This document shows positions 27,296 to 35,675 of a stretch of 64,000 nucleotides of DNA, in pieces; position 1 is the stretch's first letter, and each line of letters opens with the position of its first letter. The notes beneath the pieces were generated by a model. That model saw only the letters and a list, made by a program, of their open reading frames with translations. It was not told the origin of the DNA and ran no database searches. Source of the DNA: a virus; IMG/VR virus record IMGVR_UViG_3300032722_000006, positions 1-64,000 of that record; one strand, written 5' to 3'. The translations under genes and the position numbers were made by a program.

Positions 27296-28749
27296 ATCGC
27301 GGTCGCTTCATCGTCTCGACGGGAGGCGGAAAGACTCTGATCGAGTACTACGCCCTACGACATGGTTTCTTCACGCTCGGTCACTCGCTGCAGGTCATCG
27401 TCGCTCCCACTATCGATCTGCTTCGGCAACATGATGAGACTTTCGCATGCTATGGGATGTTTCACGTGGACGATGTGGCTCGCATTCACTTCAGGACGGG
27501 TGATGAGGCACGTCTCGATGCCAACGCTCCGTACTTCCAGACCACAAATCCGGGTGAGCTGTTCGAAGCCCTGAAGCACTGTGAAAAGCACAAGGTGCTC
27601 ATCTTCGTCACCTACGCCTCTGTCAAGAAGCTGTTTGCCATCCTATCGAATTCAGACCGAAAAGTCGATGCTTGTATGTGGGACGAGTTTCACCACCTGT
27701 GTCAGCAGATCGAGGAACAGAAACGTTGGTTGCAGACGCTGTGGTCTGACCGTAACCTATTCTTCTCTGCTTCAGAAAAGCGCGGTCGCATCGTCAGCAC
27801 CATCGACGAAGAATTGTTCGGCCCAAAGTTAGCTGACATCGGTTACGCTCGCCTTCGAGCTGACGGCATCGTCGTCCCAAACATCGTCATCAAGCCCATC
27901 CGGATGAACGAGGAAGGTAAGCGAGCTAAGGCATTGTCACGGGAGATGAAGAAGACAGCTGAACGCAATGGTTTCGACCTGAAGGATGCTACTCTAGAAG
28001 CTGCAGGCTGCATCGTCGCCGTCAGGGACATGTTGGAAACTGTTGGTACTGCGAACGTGGTCACTTTCAGCCAACAAGTCGCAATTGCGAAGGCTATCAT
28101 CTCTTCTCAGGCGGTCAAAGATGAACTTCCTGACGTATTGCTGCAGACAGTGCATGCAGGTGTCCCTGGGCGAGAACGTAAAGAAGTCTACGCGAGGGTC
28201 AGAACGTCAGTGGCTTCGCTCCTCGGACAGCACTCCATCGTCAAGGAGGGTATCGACATCACCTGCTTCAATGCTCTGGTGATGGCACGTAACATGGAAG
28301 TCATCGGTGTTCAGCAGGCGATCGGTCGCATCGTCCGTGCAGACCCGCGGGACACGGAGGCGTTGAAAGCGGGTCGCATCTCGCTCGATTCTCCAGAAGG
28401 CTGGCACAAGTACACGGCGACAGTCTACGTCCTGGTCCGTGACGAGAGTGCTGATGACTTCAGACTGTGGCTTCGAGGCTTCATCGAAAAGATGACGTTA
28501 TCGGGCTTCAGTCCCGCCGACTACCAGTTCGCTGACATCACCGAAGAACGACACGGCAAGAAATCCATGAACACCGAGTGGGTGCTCCCATTACTGGCGA
28601 AGGCTGAACTCGAGTCCGAAAATCTCAAGGGCATTGTCAAGAACCTCATCGTGGAGATCGATGACGTCGAGGCTCACGAGCAGGACATGAACCGGTGCAG
28701 CAAAATGAGCAATCTCGAACTATTGGAGGCCGCCTGTGCCGTCGTCTGA
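27292..28749 (+). CDS. SF2 helicase/translocase (restriction Res-subunit type), starting just before Walker A
   Basis: STGGGKT, VAPT, TYAS, DEFHH, FSAS, EGID and QAIGRIVR. Confidence 0.85.
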   Translation: MNRGRFIVSTGGGKTLIEYYALRHGFFTLGHSLQVIVAPTIDLLRQHDETFACYGMFHVDDVARIHFRTGDEARLDANAPYFQTTNPGELFEALKHCEKHKVLIFVTYASVKKLFAILSNSDRKVDACMWDEFHHLCQQIEEQKRWLQTLWSDRNLFFSASEKRGRIVSTIDEELFGPKLADIGYARLRADGIVVPNIVIKPIRMNEEGKRAKALSREMKKTAERNGFDLKDATLEAAGCIVAVRDMLETVGTANVVTFSQQVAIAKAIISSQAVKDELPDVLLQTVHAGVPGRERKEVYARVRTSVASLLGQHSIVKEGIDITCFNALVMARNMEVIGVQQAIGRIVRADPRDTEALKAGRISLDSPEGWHKYTATVYVLVRDESADDFRLWLRGFIEKMTLSGFSPADYQFADITEERHGKKSMNTEWVLPLLAKAELESENLKGIVKNLIVEIDDVEAHEQDMNRCSKMSNLELLEAACAVV

Positions 28750-29944
28750 GCCCACTCGAGCCACCCAGAAAAGTCTTCAAGCTCGACTTGATGAAGCTTA
28801 CATCGACGACCTATGTAAGCCTGCGTGTACCCTGTACGCCACACTCGGCAAACAGATGGTCGAGCGACTCGACCTCACTGGTCATGTTCTCGTGCTGAGT
28901 GACTTGGGTCTGCTCGCAGCCGTTCTCATTCATCGTCGAGAGAAGCGCGTCGCAACCGGTACTGTCACCTTCGTCTGTCACACTGAAAAGGTCGCCACGT
29001 TCACTCGCAGCCTTGGCGTAGAACCGATCTTTGTGCCCTACGATGGCCTCGATTTGTTCTTCACGGGACACGAGAATATAATATTTAGAGGTACCTTGAA
29101 TCGCAAATTCGACGTTCTGATCGGGAACCCACCCTTCAACCCACCCAAGTCAGGCGACGGGCGTAAGGAAGGTAGCAAGATCTGGCAGAAGTTCATCGAA
29201 CGTGCCTTCGAGCTCGCCGCTGACGACGGTCACCTGCTGTTCGTCACCCCACACAACTGGCGCCAGGGCAACTTCAAGCCTCGAAGCCTTCACCGTCAGG
29301 CGCAGTCACTGATGTTCGATAGCAAAATCAAGTGGTGGATGGACACCCGAGAGCCTGTCGATCACTTTCCGATGCTCGGTGACACCTCAGTGGACGCCTG
29401 GCACGTGATCAAGGGACAGAAGAACGAGCTTCATGAGGTGCTGCAGAAGTTGTGTCTGCTCCCGAAGTCAAGTGACCCTGAGACACTGGCGAAGGTGGCT
29501 AAGTTTTACGAGGTGTGCATGCGGGAAGAACCAATCGAGAAGCAAGCAAGACTTCGAGGGTGGGCTTCGATTCCGTCTGACACTGAACCTGACGGACACC
29601 CGTATCCGTTGGCGAATACTAGCGCTCAGGTCAAGAAAGGTCGTTTCAACTGGTCGGCTGAGAAGCCACCTCATTTCGAAAGCAAAAAAGTACTCGTCAG
29701 TGATAGCGGTGCGTTCGTCATCGGATACGATGATGGAAAGTGTTCAGTTGGAGAACACACTGCAGCCTACATCGTCTCCTCGAAACAAGAAGGAGATCGA
29801 GTGGTAGAGTTCCTGCAATCACCGCTCGTGAAGTTCGTTGCTGAACAGTTCATGAAGCCCGGTGCATTGGGATTTCCCATGGAGCTCTTTGAGCGCGTGC
29901 CGAAAGCGATCCTGACTAAGCCGTGGGAAGAGGTGTTCAGGTGA
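28736..29944 (+). CDS. N6-adenine DNA methyltransferase-like protein (NPPF motif IV plus TRD-like C-terminus), motif I not recognisable
   Basis: FDVLIGNPPF, IWQKFIE and LLFVTPHNW. Confidence 0.8.
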   Translation: MPSSEPTRATQKSLQARLDEAYIDDLCKPACTLYATLGKQMVERLDLTGHVLVLSDLGLLAAVLIHRREKRVATGTVTFVCHTEKVATFTRSLGVEPIFVPYDGLDLFFTGHENIIFRGTLNRKFDVLIGNPPFNPPKSGDGRKEGSKIWQKFIERAFELAADDGHLLFVTPHNWRQGNFKPRSLHRQAQSLMFDSKIKWWMDTREPVDHFPMLGDTSVDAWHVIKGQKNELHEVLQKLCLLPKSSDPETLAKVAKFYEVCMREEPIEKQARLRGWASIPSDTEPDGHPYPLANTSAQVKKGRFNWSAEKPPHFESKKVLVSDSGAFVIGYDDGKCSVGEHTAAYIVSSKQEGDRVVEFLQSPLVKFVAEQFMKPGALGFPMELFERVPKAILTKPWEEVFR

Positions 29945-31080
29945 ACAAACCTGAAAATCAGCACAAGGCGTTACCCAGGTTTTTGATCAAGAGATTCAAA
30001 GACGCCGAGCATCAAGTGCTGCTCGGCGATAGAACCAATCTTGTTGGTGAATGGAAGCTCCAAGATGCTGGTCAGACAAAGAGCGGGCCGTTCACAGAGC
30101 GTAACTACTACACAATACCTGACATTGAAGATCCTTTTGCAGTTGAAATCTTGCTCAGCAAGACGGAAGCAGCTGCAGCTGCTTCAATCAAACACATCGT
30201 TAATGGGAAGCATTACGCAGCGATCAACGATAACAGACCAGATTCTCACAAAGAACATCTCAGCATATTCTGCGCACTATTGTTCACGCGCGGTGATACA
30301 GCACGTATGCTGCGCGTGGAAGGGATGAAACAGCAATCGCGGATTCTCATAGAGAAAAGCAAAGAGTATGTGACGTCACCTCTTGTGCAGCAGTTGCTCA
30401 TTCACGATCCATGTGAAGTCATCTCACGAACAGGTGATTTCATGCAAGCTGTCAACTTGCCCGTTGCAGGCCCCATGGGTTTTCGTAAGCTTTTTAGCTT
30501 AGGAAATTTTAGCTTAGGAAAACAAGACATCGGAGGGGAATATGAAGCTGATGAAGTCGTGGACGCAGTCAAAACGTATGATCCCAATCAGTTCAACATT
30601 GATGTCACTCATCAAGAAAAACTGCACTTGGAAGTGATGCGTGAGGCTATCAAGTCATATGTGTCAATCTTCATGGCTCGTGAATGGGAAGTCATCGAAT
30701 TCCCTGAAGACACGCTCATCACCGGGGATGAGCCCATATGTCTCTTGGGATCTGATCACAGACCGGGCATAATGCCCCTTGGTTTGATCTGTAATCAGAT
30801 TGTCATTCCTGTTGATCCGAAACACGCATTTGTGGCATCAATGCCTGATTACAAGAGACTAATCACTTCAGCATCGATGAAGAATGACTGGCAGCACTGT
30901 GCAGGCATCATCAATTCGAATCTTGCATATGGGTGTTTACACTACGTAGTGTGTCGACCTCAGAATTGTAAAGGTCGTCATCCGCTCAAAGGTTGGGTCG
31001 TTCCTGACATGTCGCCTCATGTACATACAGAGGACGATTACATCATTTCTCATGTAAGACCAGTTCGATTGGTGCCATGA
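29941..31080 (+). CDS. DUF4238-like protein
   Basis: NQHKALPRFLIKRF, FTERNYY and LITGDEPI. Confidence 0.6.
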   Translation: MNKPENQHKALPRFLIKRFKDAEHQVLLGDRTNLVGEWKLQDAGQTKSGPFTERNYYTIPDIEDPFAVEILLSKTEAAAAASIKHIVNGKHYAAINDNRPDSHKEHLSIFCALLFTRGDTARMLRVEGMKQQSRILIEKSKEYVTSPLVQQLLIHDPCEVISRTGDFMQAVNLPVAGPMGFRKLFSLGNFSLGKQDIGGEYEADEVVDAVKTYDPNQFNIDVTHQEKLHLEVMREAIKSYVSIFMAREWEVIEFPEDTLITGDEPICLLGSDHRPGIMPLGLICNQIVIPVDPKHAFVASMPDYKRLITSASMKNDWQHCAGIINSNLAYGCLHYVVCRPQNCKGRHPLKGWVVPDMSPHVHTEDDYIISHVRPVRLVP

Positions 31081-31481
31081 GAACTCCTGAACGCGTCGAT
31101 AAGTTCGGTGAGATCTTCACTCCACGCTCGTTGACCCTCGAAATGTTGCGTCAAGTGCCCAAGGAAACCATCTCCGATCCCTCGAAAACTTTTCTGGACC
31201 CATCCTGTGGTGACGGTGCATTCCTGTCGTGTATCGTCTACCTCAAGGTGAAGACGGGCTCTACACCGGTGCAGGCATTGTCCACTACGTTCGGCGTTGA
31301 CATCATGCAAGACAACGTGGATGACTGCAGAGAACGGATGTTGAAGCACGCTGAGAAGGCGTCAGGAGAGACACGCACAGACGAGTGGGTAACTTGGGTG
31401 AACCGAAACGTAGTGTGTCACGATACGCTGACGTATGACTTCGAGTTTACGGGTGACGAAGGAAGGATTCCTAATTCTTGA
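31077..31481 (+). CDS. Stand-alone SAM-binding half of an N6 DNA methyltransferase (motifs X, I, II, III)
   Basis: GEIFTP, FLDPSCGDGAFL, FGVDI and VCHDTL. No NPPY/F motif. Confidence 0.8.
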   Translation: MRTPERVDKFGEIFTPRSLTLEMLRQVPKETISDPSKTFLDPSCGDGAFLSCIVYLKVKTGSTPVQALSTTFGVDIMQDNVDDCRERMLKHAEKASGETRTDEWVTWVNRNVVCHDTLTYDFEFTGDEGRIPNS

Positions 31482-32242
31482 AGCTTGTCTCTCGTCCACA
31501 GCTCGAAGTTGGACATGATAGTCTTGAACCACTCGCACTTGGCTCGGGACCCGTCGGTCAGCCAACCCTTGATGTCGATCCACAGGTCCATGTCCACGAC
31601 ATAAGCATCAGGACGGTAAGAACGCCCGTTGGGCATCTTGAATGTCTTGGGTTGCCACTGGAAATCTATCTTTCTGTCATTGAACCACTTCACAGTCGCC
31701 AACTCGTAGGAGCTAGAACAGAAGCACGACTCACCAGTCTTCCAGTGGTCAACGTGTCCGTGCTTGAAGGTCTTGTTGATCATCTTGACCTGATACGCCG
31801 GCAAGTGAGCAAAGTGCGAAACGCCGTAGCGTTCCTCACAGGTCTTGTGAAATCTGACGCGACCAAATTTCGGGTGACGAGTCTTCTTGTAGAGGACGTT
31901 AGTCGCCAGAGCTTCAAATTCTCCGAATTGTTCATCAAGGAACTTGTAGCGAAAGTTCACTCCTCGGAATGTGTCAAGAATGGTGACAGCATCACCATGA
32001 ACCTCACGAAGCATGACGACGAATTCACATTTCAGCATCTTTCGACCATCAGATTTCAGCTTCCTGCTGTGCGTCGGATGTCGAGAACTGCGCAGAACAT
32101 TGCGAGGAAACGCCTCAAATTCACCGTATTCGGGATCGACAAAAGTGGCAAGTTCATTCACCCCAACGAACGTTCCCAACTTCAACTGAATTCGCCCATC
32201 ATGAATGAGCGACAACTTGCGAATCACATCTTCTTGGTTCAT
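31418..32242 (-). CDS. Putative free-standing homing endonuclease (PD-(D/E)XK)
   Basis: Two F.D..(Y/F)GEFEA...NVL....RHP repeats, TCEERYG and HWKT...SSYE...YRPDAY...WIDIKG. Confidence 0.7.
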   Translation of the reverse strand: MNQEDVIRKLSLIHDGRIQLKLGTFVGVNELATFVDPEYGEFEAFPRNVLRSSRHPTHSRKLKSDGRKMLKCEFVVMLREVHGDAVTILDTFRGVNFRYKFLDEQFGEFEALATNVLYKKTRHPKFGRVRFHKTCEERYGVSHFAHLPAYQVKMINKTFKHGHVDHWKTGESCFCSSSYELATVKWFNDRKIDFQWQPKTFKMPNGRSYRPDAYVVDMDLWIDIKGWLTDGSRAKCEWFKTIMSNFELWTRDKLQELGILPSSPVNSKSYVSVS

Positions 32243-32282
32243 GCAAGTCTAAATGTACATCACTGAAAGAAAGCGTAAACTC

Positions 32283-33689
32283 ATGAGCGACGATTTTAAC
32301 ATCATACTTGATACTGACTCGTACAAGGCCAGTCACTGGTTACAGTACCCTCCGAACACCACAAGTGTCTTTTCCTACATCGAGAGCAGAGGAGGACGCA
32401 GCACCGAAACGGTCATGTTCGGGCTTCAGTATTACCTCAAGAAGTACTTCACAAAGCCGGTGACCATGGACATGGTAATGGAAGCGAAGGAATTCTTCGC
32501 GGCCCACGGTGAGCCTTTCAATGAGGAAGGATGGGTTCATGTTGTGAAGAGCCACGGTGGACACTTACCCGTTCGCATCCGTGCCGTGCCCGAAGGCACT
32601 GTCGTTCCGACACACAACGTTCTCGTCACCGTCGAGAACACCTGTGATAGGTGCTTCTGGATCACCAGTTGGATCGAGACGATGCTATTACGCATCTGGT
32701 ACCCGATCACAGTCGCTACTGAGAGCCGCGAGATCAAGAAATTGATCCTCTCACACCTCAAGCAGACGAGCGATGATCCTCAGGCAGAGATCAACTTCAA
32801 GCTGCACGACTTTGGCTCACGTGGCGTCTCAAGTCAGGAGAGCGCAGGGATCGGTGGAGCGGCGCACCTTGTGAACTTCATGGGAAGCGACACGGTCGTC
32901 GGCGTGTTGACTGCGAATCGTTACTATGACTCTTCAATGGCAGGATTCTCGATCCCGGCAGCAGAACACTCCACGATCACATGTTGGGGACATGAACACG
33001 AGGCTGATGCGTACCGTAACATGCTTCGAAATTTTGCGAGGCCGGGCAAGCTCGTTGCGGTCGTCAGCGACAGCTACGATATCTTCAATGCATGCGAACA
33101 CCTGTGGGGAGGTGAGTTGAAGCAGGAGGTCATCAACTCCGGCGCGACAGTCGTCATTCGTCCCGATAGCGGCGATCCGGCGACTGTCGTGGAGCACTGT
33201 CTCACGCTGCTTGACAAGAAGTTTGGGTCAACGATCAATTCTAAAGGGTTCAAGGTCCTCAACAACGTACGTGTGATCCAAGGCGATGGAATCAATCGAG
33301 AGTCAATCGATGAAATCCTCACACTAGCTCGCCAGTACTTTTTCAGCGCATCAAACATCGCATTCGGAATGGGTGGTGCGCTCCTGCAACAACACAACCG
33401 CGACACGCAGAAGTTTGCGATGAAATGCAGCTACATGGAGGTCGACGTCAAAGGCGTTGACATCTTCAAGGATCCCATCACAGATCCTGGAAAGAAGAGC
33501 AAGCGAGGTCGCCTTGACCTCATCAGGACGCTTGATCGTGGGATCGAGACCGTGAAGCTGGAGAAGTGGGGACCGTTCAAGCACTTCCCTGATGCTCACC
33601 GTGATTCGATCATGGAGACGGTCTTCGAGAACGGTGAGATCACGAAGACGTACACGCTTGACGAGGTACGGCACAATGCACGGACATGA
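32283..33689 (+). CDS. nadV: Nicotinamide phosphoribosyltransferase (NAMPT)
   Basis: DTDSYKASH, LHDFGSRG, SIPAAEHST, VVSDSYD, IRPDSGDP and QGDGI. Confidence 0.93.
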   Translation: MSDDFNIILDTDSYKASHWLQYPPNTTSVFSYIESRGGRSTETVMFGLQYYLKKYFTKPVTMDMVMEAKEFFAAHGEPFNEEGWVHVVKSHGGHLPVRIRAVPEGTVVPTHNVLVTVENTCDRCFWITSWIETMLLRIWYPITVATESREIKKLILSHLKQTSDDPQAEINFKLHDFGSRGVSSQESAGIGGAAHLVNFMGSDTVVGVLTANRYYDSSMAGFSIPAAEHSTITCWGHEHEADAYRNMLRNFARPGKLVAVVSDSYDIFNACEHLWGGELKQEVINSGATVVIRPDSGDPATVVEHCLTLLDKKFGSTINSKGFKVLNNVRVIQGDGINRESIDEILTLARQYFFSASNIAFGMGGALLQQHNRDTQKFAMKCSYMEVDVKGVDIFKDPITDPGKKSKRGRLDLIRTLDRGIETVKLEKWGPFKHFPDAHRDSIMETVFENGEITKTYTLDEVRHNART

Positions 33690-33703
33690 TGTAAAGTCTT
33701 AGC

Positions 33704-34156
33704 ATGTCATACCAAGCACACAAGATCGCTGAACGCCTATTCCAAGGTGGTTACCCACCGGGTGGGCCTGGACTCGCAAATGCACACATCGACGTCTTGG
33801 TACTCTGTGCAAGGGAACACCAGGACACATCGTTGTACCCGGGCGTCCATGTGATCCTCGCAGGTGGTGACGACGATGCTCGACCTGAACGACTTCGACG
33901 ATTCCTGGAGATGTGGGAAGGCGCCGCCCGCGAGGTCGTGAAGGCAGTGAGAGAAGGAAAGAACGTCCTCGTCACTTGCATGGCAGGTCATAATCGTTCT
34001 GGATTAGTCGTTGCATTGGCACTTCGTGAACTAACGGGTGCAACAGGCAAGGAGATCGTGGAACACATCCAACGAACTCGTGGTCCGTTTGCCCTGAACA
34101 ACGAGACGTTTGCGAAGCACATTGAGAACAAATTTCGTGATCGCGTCGCAGTTTGA
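33704..34156 (+). CDS. Dual-specificity/tyrosine phosphatase (CX5R)
   Basis: VLVTCMAGHNRSG. Confidence 0.85.
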   Translation: MSYQAHKIAERLFQGGYPPGGPGLANAHIDVLVLCAREHQDTSLYPGVHVILAGGDDDARPERLRRFLEMWEGAAREVVKAVREGKNVLVTCMAGHNRSGLVVALALRELTGATGKEIVEHIQRTRGPFALNNETFAKHIENKFRDRVAV

Positions 34157-34175
34157 CGTTATACGTGGATAGCAA

Positions 34176-34508
34176 ATGAGAAATTGCTCTCGATGTCACA
34201 AAGATCTAGGTCACAATATTGCAGCACAATCGGTGGGCATGTGCATTGATTGCAGGATGCAATGCGCAAATCCTACGTTCACCAACTTGGGCATGTCCGG
34301 CTGCGATGATTGCAATGCATGCGATGACGATTGTTCTTCTCAGGATGATTCTTGCGATGAAAAGCCCAAAGAAACAGGCAAGCCTGAGAACGACTATGCA
34401 TGCCCAATCTGTGATCGCATGTGTAATCATGCAGAAGTGAAGTGTTGGTGGTGTGGCAATGACTTTCCCGGTACGCCGTGGTCGAGGATCCCATGCTTAC
34501 ATACTTGA
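34176..34508 (+). CDS. Cys-rich zinc-ribbon protein
   Basis: Several CxxC pairs (CSRC, CIDC, CPIC, CWWC). Confidence 0.55.
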   Translation: MRNCSRCHKDLGHNIAAQSVGMCIDCRMQCANPTFTNLGMSGCDDCNACDDDCSSQDDSCDEKPKETGKPENDYACPICDRMCNHAEVKCWWCGNDFPGTPWSRIPCLHT

Positions 34509-35008
34509 AAGGTAGTGCGACAGAACCGCAAGGAAATGGGAAGAAGGTAATCGCGCATATCTGCAATGATATCGGTGGATGGGGCCGGGGATTCGTACTG
34601 TCAGTGACGAAGAAGTGGCCGAAGGCCGAGGCCGATTATCGCAACTGGTACCAAGGAAATTTGCCTCTAGAAACTGACGCGCCTCCCTATCCTGCTTTCA
34701 AGCTCGGAAGCGTCAGGTGCGTGAAGGTCTCAAACGACACCTGGGTTGCAAACATGATTGCTCAACATGGCATCATGCAGGACGCGAACGGCATTCCTCC
34801 CATCCGTTATGATGCACTACGTGATTGCCTTCGCACGCTTGCAATGTTGGGCTTTGACAGCATTCACATGCCACGCATCGGGTGTGGCCTTGCAGGTGGA
34901 AAGTGGAGCGAGATCGAGCCCATCGTGCTTGCTGAACTATCTGATGTCGATGTCTTCGTGTATGACTACGATGTTTCCGGACCTGCAAAGATCGCATGGC
35001 AACCATAG
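34493..35008 (+). CDS. Macrodomain protein (Poa1p/DarG-like ADP-ribose processing)
   Basis: IAHICNDIGGWGRGF, VANMIAQ and HMPRIGCGLAGGKW. Confidence 0.88.
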   Translation: MLTYLKGSATEPQGNGKKVIAHICNDIGGWGRGFVLSVTKKWPKAEADYRNWYQGNLPLETDAPPYPAFKLGSVRCVKVSNDTWVANMIAQHGIMQDANGIPPIRYDALRDCLRTLAMLGFDSIHMPRIGCGLAGGKWSEIEPIVLAELSDVDVFVYDYDVSGPAKIAWQP

Positions 35009-35010
35009 GA

Positions 35011-35039
35011 GTGTACATCCTAGAAACGATGGTTATAGT
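35011..35039 (+). promoter_or_regulatory. Promoter of the leader/Pth2-like/tRNA operon
   Basis: GTGTACA-16 nt-TATAGT, ATG 7 nt downstream (35047). Confidence 0.65.
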
Positions 35040-35046
35040 TACGAAC

Positions 35047-35140
35047 ATGACTGGCTTCCTCTGAATGCAAGGCGCTTAAAGCGCGTGGACCTCCCATGGT
35101 AGTGATTCTCCGGGTTTCGTTGAGTTTCACTTTCACATAA
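35047..35140 (+). promoter_or_regulatory. Putative regulatory leader: uORF MTGFL-UGA; its +1 frame encodes CKALKARGPPMVV... to TAA 35138-35140
   Basis: Manual translation of the 35040-35151 intergenic region. Confidence 0.45.
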
Positions 35141-35151
35141 AGAGGTTCATC

Positions 35152-35667
35152 ATGTCACATCACATCGGTCTTCAGGTCCTCCGCGCGAAGGTTCGCGGTT
35201 TTCAAGCATCAGGTCAGTCACTCACACACCTCATCTCCAAGACGGAGAAAGAGCGCAAGAGCAATTTGTGGAACAAGAAGCGTGATTTGGGAAAGTTCGC
35301 CCGTCTTCACCTCATTGCATACGGATTGCTTCGCGGTATTCCCTACGAAAGGATCGAGAAGTGCGCAAAGGACAACAGGCCAAATCCTCAGCAGGTGTTC
35401 GAAATCATCAAGGAACACAGCAAGAACGTGTGGAAACCGTTCATGGTCGACGGAAAGCAGCACGGATGTCGACTCGACGAGTGGACTCTCGAAAGGGTAA
35501 GGGAACTCCTCACGGTGAAGGATGCCGTTGCGGAGCCTGTTGCTGCAAGCGAGCCGTGCTCGACAGCAACCGTCGCCTCGCAGCAAATCCAGTCCCAAGA
35601 ACCACCTCCTCGGTCTATCTTGGACCGTCTCGTGGCCCTCACGCGGCCGCAAGAAAAAAGGGCCTGA
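35152..35667 (+). CDS. Basic hypothetical phage protein with RLHLIAYGLLRGIPYERIE motif
   Basis: 171-aa ORF with AGAGG SD. Ends in UGA. Confidence 0.8.
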   Translation: MSHHIGLQVLRAKVRGFQASGQSLTHLISKTEKERKSNLWNKKRDLGKFARLHLIAYGLLRGIPYERIEKCAKDNRPNPQQVFEIIKEHSKNVWKPFMVDGKQHGCRLDEWTLERVRELLTVKDAVAEPVAASEPCSTATVASQQIQSQEPPPRSILDRLVALTRPQEKRA

Positions 35668-35675
35668 GGCGGACC

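Noticed and set aside
27290-27300. UGAA quadruplet decoding joining the nuclease and helicase ORFs
   Set aside because: The junction reads AAG TGA A, but the helicase is in the -1 frame. A +1 shift would not reach it.
31478-32266. 262-aa plus-strand ORF
   Set aside because: Antisense to the motif-bearing endonuclease on the minus strand.
35361-35675. N-terminal extension of the Pth2-like ORF as listed in the ORF track
   Set aside because: It overlaps the 171-aa gene, and Pth2 similarity begins only after ATG 35676.
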